A program made the position numbers and the translations under genes. Below the pieces are notes generated by a model, which had not been told where the DNA came from, ran no database searches, and worked only from the letters and a program-made list of their open reading frames with translations. From Leptogorgia sarmentosa (lineage: Eukaryota), in assembly GCA_964658305.1 (NCBI GenBank), contig OZ210885.1:5208001-5272000 (forward strand): a DNA stretch of 64,000 bases, in the 5' to 3' direction. This document shows, piece after piece, positions 38,548 through 64,000 of the stretch; position 1 is the first letter of the stretch, and each line of letters starts with the position of its first letter.

Positions 38548-38923
38548 GGCCCCTATTACACTATACCGGATTACTTTTCGTTCCGGATCATTTTTGACAC
38601 GGATGAAAAAAATGGCAGCGATTACACTACGCCGTTCCGCTGTCGAAGACGTCTTCGTATCGTATAATGTTGGATATTTAGGGCATACAAACACGACATT
38701 ATTTGCAGCACGCTTGCAGCAGTCAATACATACATAAAAATATTTTGTAAGGCAATCATTTTGGTACGGCACATACCGGATTACTTTTCGTATCACGAAC
38801 GAAGCGGAGTGATTTTTGCTCCGCGGCACGCACCGGATTACAGTGGCGTAGTGTAATCAACAGCCCAATCCGGTATAAAAATCGCTCCGCTCCGATGCAA
38901 TCCGGTATAGTGTAATAGGGGCC
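38548..38923. mobile_element. Harbinger-type MITE
   Basis: TIR ggcccctattacactataccggatt; TCA/TCA TSD. A lone end of the same family lies at ~20442. Confidence 0.85.
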
Positions 38924-39575
38924 TCAGTCTCTCACTGAGCATTTTTAGCGCTCGAATATGCACATCGCGATGTGAATCACTCTAGAGAAAAACAATTAGA
39001 TGTCGCGATTGCTAAGCTTAAACAATTACATTTTGGCATTGTGCGCTGACAGCTAATTTACTCAATCCAAATTGAATGGTATATACAGTCGAACCTCATT
39101 AAGTGGCCACTCTCGGGTAAAAGAGATGGCCGCTAAATAGAGGTACACGCTAAAAAGACCCTGGGTGTGGTCACTTGCGTATTTTTATTTAGAAATAACT
39201 GGCTATTGTAATAAACAGACTTTAGAAATATCAGTATGTTTGTTGTTCAGCCCGTTCGCCTTTCAACCTCAACTTGGGGGTCATTCGGGAGTTACTCATT
39301 ACGAAATTAAGTAGCATGACCAAGCGGAAATTAAACATACATATATAATATTAGTGCATGTTTATACATTATAATCCCACTTACCTGGGATTAAAAATCA
39401 TGCAGGCGTAAAGTGATTTTAAGGTATTGAGATGAGTCGACTTCATAGTTTATATGATTTAAAGAGATGTTAAACTGCTAATTGCTCAAGATATTGTTCT
39501 GCTGAAATATCAAACAGACGAAATTTAACTGTTAGGCATCTATTTTTCTGTTGATTATTACTAGAAGTGTCCTGA

Positions 39576-40545
39576 AGCCAGGCGCACACAACGCGATTTT
39601 TGTCGGTCGATGAAAATCGGTTGACATACCGATGGAAATTTCGTCATACCACCGCACACACAATCAGAACTATGCAACCAGGGCCGGCGCTAGAATGTTA
39701 ATTGGGGGGTGGGGGGTGCATATTCATATTCTGGCGTTCTGCCGACTGATTTCTTTTGAAATTACTTCATAAACAATTGATTTCTAAAGAAATCAGTCGG
39801 CGGAACACCACAATATGACTATAACCCCCACCCCCTCCCCACAATAAACGTTCTAGCCCCCGGCCCTGTATGCAACAAGCAGTAATTTAATTGCATAACA
39901 AATTAAGGCGATGTCCACACCAATCCGTTTTCGTTTGAGAACGAATACTCTTCTGTGCGTTTCCACCGATCATCCACATCAATGATTAATATGATGGAAA
40001 ACGGATGTGTCGGTTCATAAAAATGGATCTTTTTTAAAACAGCTTTAAAAGTGGAGACTTTTCAATACGGAGGCGTTTTGGATTAGTGTGGCAAGGCAAA
40101 AACGAGGGCTTTTAAAAACGCCTACGTCATGAACTAGTTAATTTATTTAAGTTCGTCAGCAGTGTCAGACTGTCAGTATGCGGCCATTCTGGCCTTGTTG
40201 TGGCCATGCGCACGGGGAAAAAGAACAAATAATGATCGTTGTGCGAACAGTAGAAAACGAACCGAAATCGCTAGTGCACGTGTACGCAGATACTTGTATG
40301 CGTTTTTGCCCCGTCAAAACGGAGGCGATTTGAAGTGGTGTGGTGTCTCAAGCAGTGTGGACATGCAAGGCCGCACGCGCAAGGCGTCTGCCGATAAAAA
40401 TCGGGCAATATCAAAACTGTTTGATATTCGCCCGACGCAATCGGGCGAATATAATTAAAATCGCTTGAAAATGATGCCGCGCACGAAAGATTTTCATGGG
40501 TCGACAAAAATCGACCGACAAAACTCATGTCGTTTGCGCCTGGCT
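39576..40545. mobile_element. Harbinger-type MITE containing two nested insertions
   Basis: TIRs agccaggcgca / tgcgcctggct. Nested: a cagggccg MITE (39679-39868, perfect TSD tatgcaac) and a ggcgatgtccacac.../gtgtggacatgc element (~39908-40372). Confidence 0.75.
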
Positions 40546-41233
40546 TTACCTTTGTTGTTTCGTTTCATAAAGATGACTCATTTCAATAATTTCCCAATGA
40601 CTTTATAAACTTCAATCGAAGCGAAACGTATAGTTGATTCTTTGTGTTCATTATCAGTGCTGCATGAGTGACTAAACAAGACAATGAAATGCATATACGC
40701 TCGTTTCGCTACGATACAGTTGAATGCCAAACGGGCTAATGAGCGACATAAGAGACGCCCAAGTTCATCCCAAGTTTAAACCGAGGAAGACCTTCAAGAG
40801 AAGAACAACTGGCAAAGAGATCTCGATTTGGTTCCAAGTTATGTAAGTCGTTTTAGATTTGTTCTTATACGCCTTGCTCTGCCTGAAGTAGCTGTACAGT
40901 TGATTGAAATGTAATGTCTTTCATACTTGATTGCTTTGCTCTGAGTGTAATCTGAACTGGGCGTTAAATCAGGATAACAAACCCGGCCTTGCAGCTACAT
41001 GAACAGCAAGGGCGCTGGCTATCTTTTCATCAAGCAACGGAATATAAGAGCTTTGCAGTATCAAAACTAGGTAGCTGCCCTGGCTTATTCGACTTGTTGG
41101 TATCAGATTTTTTACAGTACGCAAATCCAACCATATACAGCAAGCTGATGTATTCTAAATTATGAAATTTTTATGTTTAGAAACACGCCTAACTTTCATA
41201 CAGTCGACAGTAAAGGACCTGGAAGATTTGAGA

Positions 41234-44200
41234 ATGTTGAGAATGTCAGGAAGCTTTGCTGTGTTCATGTTGCTAACTGGTATGTATTACAGATTGCGTA
41301 TGTCCGTTGTCTCGAAGTGATAATTATAACTGCATGCTAGTGTTGTACTGTATTACTGCATTTGTATTCCGCTACACTCAAGACCAGTATTCAGCATCCC
41401 AATTAAGAATCACTCTTTAGCTACTAACGTATTTGTGAAGGTTGAAATGTTCCTTAATATTGTTGCTTCATAGTAATTTTAAGATAAAGATCGCCATAGA
41501 ACAGAATGATCAACAATGACTGCTGTGTTTCATATGCTAGAGAATTTTTCATGCATGACTAATACATATATATAAAGTGTTCCTTCCTTTTCGTTTGTCT
41601 CTGGAAGGGCATGCGAGGGCAATGATATGAATATATTATTGTACATTTAATTTTGAATTCAAGTATACCCCGCATTTATTGGAATATGAACTTCATTTAT
41701 GAAAAACCGAATGCAGTGATAGTTATAGGGTGTGGTTTTTTATAGGCTTGTCCATATATCGAGAAAACGCCCACATATTACAATGCTATTTCAATGTATA
41801 CATTTTTGTAGCTGGAATTCTAGCCGAAGATGTTTGTCAAAACAATGGCACACCATTAAATGGAAGTCATCAGAAATGTGATTGTCCGACTGGATTTAAA
41901 GGATTTGACTGTAGTGAAAAAGGTGATTTTAGATTGTAGAGAAATATTCTGTCGTTATAATTTGCATTTGTAATTTGGAGCGGCATTTTACACTCGGTAG
42001 TGATCTTAAGACTATTCTCTGTCATTACCATGCACTATTTTGGAGTTCTATACTGTTTAAACGTTGGGACATATCAAGCAATATAAATTGAAATCGTGTA
42101 CAAATGCACATTGAACCGTCGGACAAATTCATTTTCATGTCAACAGCTGAGAATTGTGATCTTCTATACTTGCTGCGCGGTCTCCCTCCACACAGTTCGT
42201 TTTGATGTTTTGTGTCCAACTTAAATGTGTGCCCCCGTTAACTTTCAGTATTCAATTGCGATTTAAATCGATAACTTTATTGAATTTAATTATATCTAAC
42301 TTAAATTTTGATATAGATTTTCACAATTGTATAAAACATTACAGAAACTCGCATGGTACTGTTGTTGAAAGTCTCAAAGTATCTTTCCTTTTATCATTGC
42401 AGTGACTGCGTGTGAAGGAAGCCCTTGCAGAAACTCCGCAGTGTGTGTAGACAACGATGATGGCACATTTTCATGCAAATGTCTACCAAACTACGAAGGA
42501 ATTTTGTGTGAGAAAAAAGGTAAATTAGTTCATGGTTCGACTATATACCCTCTCGATAGTGACAACCTATTTCATTGTTTCTCCAAGCAATTCAGTGTTG
42601 CATGAAAAATCCTAATAATAATCCCTTCACAAGGATTATGGCAACAACAATTAGCTTAGTCGCCGAAGTCAAGGTGATTACAAGCTCATAATCACTGAGC
42701 CGCGAAGGGGCGAATGACTATTGACTTTTAATTACCGAGCTTGAGGCGATCAATAGTTTCGGCATAAACTGAGTGAACTTTGAGTTTAAGTCGCAAATGT
42801 TGTCCTTAAATGCACTTTACACCGTTGTTTAAACCATGTCGTAAAGTCCATAAACAATAAACATGAACTTCCCAAGCGACGAAGTGAGTTTTGCAAGATG
42901 TAACTGACGTGAAAAGACAAAGATTCTTAGTGGAATCCTTTTCAAATTTTTCTGTATTTTCTTCCTGTTGTTGGATACTATCATACTCGAATTTCCGCCA
43001 AAAATCTTGGTTCATAACAGCCATGCTGTTAGCAGTCATTTTGAACAAATGTTTTGGTTACTCTGCAGTGAATTATAATCACTTGTTGTGGTCGCCTCAT
43101 ATTTATATACTAAAGACGCATCATGCAATCAAAGTATCACTGACGATAATTTCTGATAATAATGTTGTGTTTCTTCAGTTCGTCCATGTGACAGAAAGCC
43201 ATGTAAAAACAATGGTAATTGTTCAGACGATGGTGTTAAATGTTTCAAGTGCGAATGTCCTGATGGATTTAAAGGATTCGATTGCTCTAAGAAAGGTATA
43301 TTTACCTCAAATCATCTTTGTTGTATTACACAGTAATAATGATTGAATAATGTGCAATTTTATCTAATCAGTCACCTAGAAACGTCATACTCTGCAAACA
43401 CCGTAAAAATTCCACAACATGGCAATTAATATAGGACACGACCAATATTGACTATTTCCTGAGATATCTTAGGTCGATGGAAATGTTCTGTCTTTTTAAG
43501 TCGTGAATGACAATTTTTTGTCCTTAGTTCTCCCCTGTGAAGTATCTCCCTGCCAAAATGGTGGTGTCTGTTCCAACCAGGAAGACGGAAGTTTCAAATG
43601 TTCCTGTACTGGTGGATATACTGGACTGGTTTGTACCAAGAAAGGTAACAGTCTTTATTATAAACATTGCCACAACTCAAATTTCTGCGCCATGTGAACG
43701 TTATTTAAATTTGTCTCTTCAGTCACTGACAATAGTTTTCGCTCAAGCGAAAGGAAGACAATGAACTAATTTACGCTCGTTTCGCTACGACACAGTTGAA
43801 TTTAGAAAGGCGGAAAAAACATAAGGCGATATAGAGAGTGTCATAATTCAGTTTTTCGATTTTCGGTGTACTATCTGATCTTTTTCTGCCAACTGTACTA
43901 CAATTATAACTTAATCATACAACAATTGGCACAATTGGATGAAAATACTTTACTATTGCTTGTGCATCAACCACTGGAATTTAAAATCTCAGTTTCGTAA
44001 TATTTGATTGTCTTCATTTCGTATAGAACTACTTTTCACTTCAACTGTACTGGGAGGTAACGAAGAGTGGATTGAACAACTGAAGGAATGGCTGCCATCA
44101 GAAGTACAGGAGAAGAAAATGAAACTTTGCTACAGAGCTTCTGTTAATGGATGGGCATCCAGCACATTTCATTCCTTCTGTGACAGCAAAGGACCCACTG

Positions 44201-45056
44201 TTGTTTTGGTGAAATCTGGACAGTATGTCTTTGGTGGATATGCTGCGGCACAATGGGGAGGTAAGTCCTTATCATTAAAGATCGTCTTGTTTTTCTCCTT
44301 GATCTTTTCAAATTGTGTGCTTAATACGTAATTGAAAGGTATCTATTTCAAAAGGTACATGACAGCTTCTTTGGCTAGTTTTTGACCTGCAACTATAAGA
44401 AGTGGGTCAGGTAAAGCGAGTGTGCTGGTTCCAGAAACTAATAAAATTTTACATCTCAGGATCAGCAGAACTTTGATGTTGCTGAACTAACGTTTTACCG
44501 AGAGTTGATTTCTGTATCGGTTAGGCATTGAAATTAATAGTGACTGTTTTCTTTGTGTGATGGTGTCTGCAATGTTGCAAAGCATTTCCATTCTGAATTA
44601 ATTATACCATCCACGTTTGAATTAATATTTTAGTAGATTTTACCTTTGTTCAACAAATTGACGAGGTATGATTGTGTGAATGTTATAAAAGTGTTATTCA
44701 AAAGTATTTGAATATTATATTGTTTCTCAATAGGTTCTCCTCGTTACATAAGAGCTGATGGATCCTTCCTTTTCTCCTTCGCCAATCGAGATCACCTTGC
44801 ACCTTTTAAAATGGCAGTCTACCAAAACCAGGGGAATGCTATATATACCAATAATGGCTACGGTCCCACATTTGGAGGTGGTCATGATCTTTACGTTGCT
44901 AACAATGCTAATGCTGGAACTGCTTCCTATACCAACTTGGGCCACACCTACAAACCACCATCTGGTTACGCTTATACCACGACCAAGGCGAAAAATTTGC
45001 TGGCGGGAGTTTACAATTACACTCCAACTGATGTCGAAGTTTACTATTTTGAATAA
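41234..45056 (+). CDS. Secreted signal peptide-4xEGF-TLDc protein, paralog C (354 aa, 7 exons)
   Basis: Exons (+): 41234-41279, 41812-41922, 42403-42519, 43179-43295, 43528-43644, 44027-44260, 44734-45056. GT-AG introns, all phase 1, 1065 nt. Confidence 0.9.
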
Positions 45057-46448
45057 CGTTTTTCAAGACAAATTCTAGCTTTATTCTAAAATAGGAAATT
45101 GCGAAGGACGTTTGTGATTTTTAAAACTTGTGATTCTTATATGCAAAAACTTGCAAAGTGTGAAGCGTCTTGTATACATCTTAGTATGAATAGGGTATCA
45201 ATTTGATAACTTATCGTGTGCTTTATGTGTAACAATGCTAAAATAAAAGAATCTAATGATTTGTTTTTGTGTTTGTGATAATAGTGGATCCGTAAATCGA
45301 CAGCAACGAGGTACTTGAGCAGGTCCTCGGAGAGGAGAGCTTGGTGTCCAGGAAAGAGAATTTCTCCGCAAATCTGTCCACAGCATTGTTTTCCTGCCAT
45401 GAAGCACCTAACTTATTTTTGCCCGTTTTCAACATCTGCAGAAGGCAAATTTGCCTTTCGTCAATTCTAAATATTGCATTCGTAAACTTTTCGTTTTAGC
45501 ATCCAAAATTTTAAGTTTTTTTCATAAAATTTTTTCCAGTTGTTTTAGTTGTATTCCTTATTTGCTTAACAATTAAATTATTACGAATGGTTCTGAAAAC
45601 CGTTCACAAGTGTAAGAACTAAATACATTCAACACACTCAGTCTCCGAGATAAAGGATGATCAATTGACAATGGATTTAAGGAAGGGCGTTGTTCGTCCA
45701 GAGGTGGGGGACCCTTTTTAACTTGAAGGGTCAGGGTTCAATGGGAGTCACGTTGTGAATTCAGGTTAAGCCTGAACACGACACTTGACTCAGGTTGGAA
45801 AAAACTTCGAAACGCTGTATTATTTGCAACATTTGATGGGCAGACAATCGATCCATTGGGGACATTTTAAGGGCTAGAGAAATGTAAAGTCTCGATAGAT
45901 ATGTTGCTGTTTAATTTTTTGGTACAACCACTCAGATACTGAGATAATTGTGCACAAGTTGTTTATAAAATTGTTCGTCATTGGAATGGAAAATCACATA
46001 ATTGCAAACAAGAAGTAGGAATGGAAAAAATACACATTGTTCATGCTAGCCGTTGTTCTTAATCAGTCGGATGCAAAAAATTACTGAGCAGCCAGTAGCC
46101 TTTGTAAAGTTTTATGGTGGAACTTTATTACAATATTACAACTTGGTATTTACAAGTTTAGAAAATACTCTATAGAGAACAATCGGTTTGTAAATAATTT
46201 TGTAAATAATGGTATGATGGCTTATTCTGTTTTTTTCTCCAGATTTCAACATAAAATTTAAGGAGCCTACATAATGTTGAAAAGAATTTGTGGACGCATA
46301 TTTTCAGCTTGCAGTTGCGATAAGGACAGATATGGACAACTACTTTCGTATTAGGGGGTGTTTTTATGGAGCCATGGAGATGATATATCAGTACATATGC
46401 AATCGTAAGTTGGGATGAGCGAAGAGATACTCTGTCAGCCTCTTTGGT

Positions 46449-63855
<17,407 letters not shown>

Positions 63856-64000
63856 CTATAAAAAGACCGAGGCACAGTATACCTATACAGTAGTCCAACT
63901 CATTGTTTTTTTGCAAGCTGTATTCGTCACTCAGCAAGTGCCCTAAACAGAAGCAGTCACCCCCCTGAGTATTATTCATTTTGAGTATTGCCAGGGGGGT

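Noticed and set aside
32156..40528. Numerous 60-160 aa ORFs in the intergenic and MITE region
   Set aside because: They have no domain motifs or splice support and overlap MITEs, introns or antisense strands. The one exception is the GPCR exon 32278-32359.

Overview
This is AT-rich, intron-containing animal genomic DNA. The gene families suggest an anthozoan cnidarian, possibly an octocoral (inference). From left to right: (1) a 5'-truncated, intronless NB-ARC/TPR/parallel beta-helix/MYND-finger gene; (2) a head-to-tail dimer of a ~560-bp non-autonomous element carrying a Crypton-like N-terminal coding fragment and a ~147-bp terminal hairpin whose centre is inverted (flip/flop) between the two copies; (3) a 24/32-bp minisatellite; (4) three intact 7-exon paralogs of a secreted signal peptide-4xEGF-TLDc protein, two in tandem on - and one inverted on +; (5) two intact 7-exon somatomedin-B class-B-like GPCR paralogs lying between the inverted TLDc copies, plus a 1.34-kb near-perfect tandem duplication; (6) a dense field of MITEs; (7) POLD1 on the - strand (5' end beyond the window), with an intronless class A GPCR nested antisense in one intron. 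The most notable observations are a recurring element architecture (short end IR, subterminal IR, then a long hairpin with tandem G.A mismatches and a GAA loop on one strand), its flip/flop dimer, and the extracellular TLDc proteins. Exon models were read by hand from GT-AG sites and reading frame; no database searches were run.
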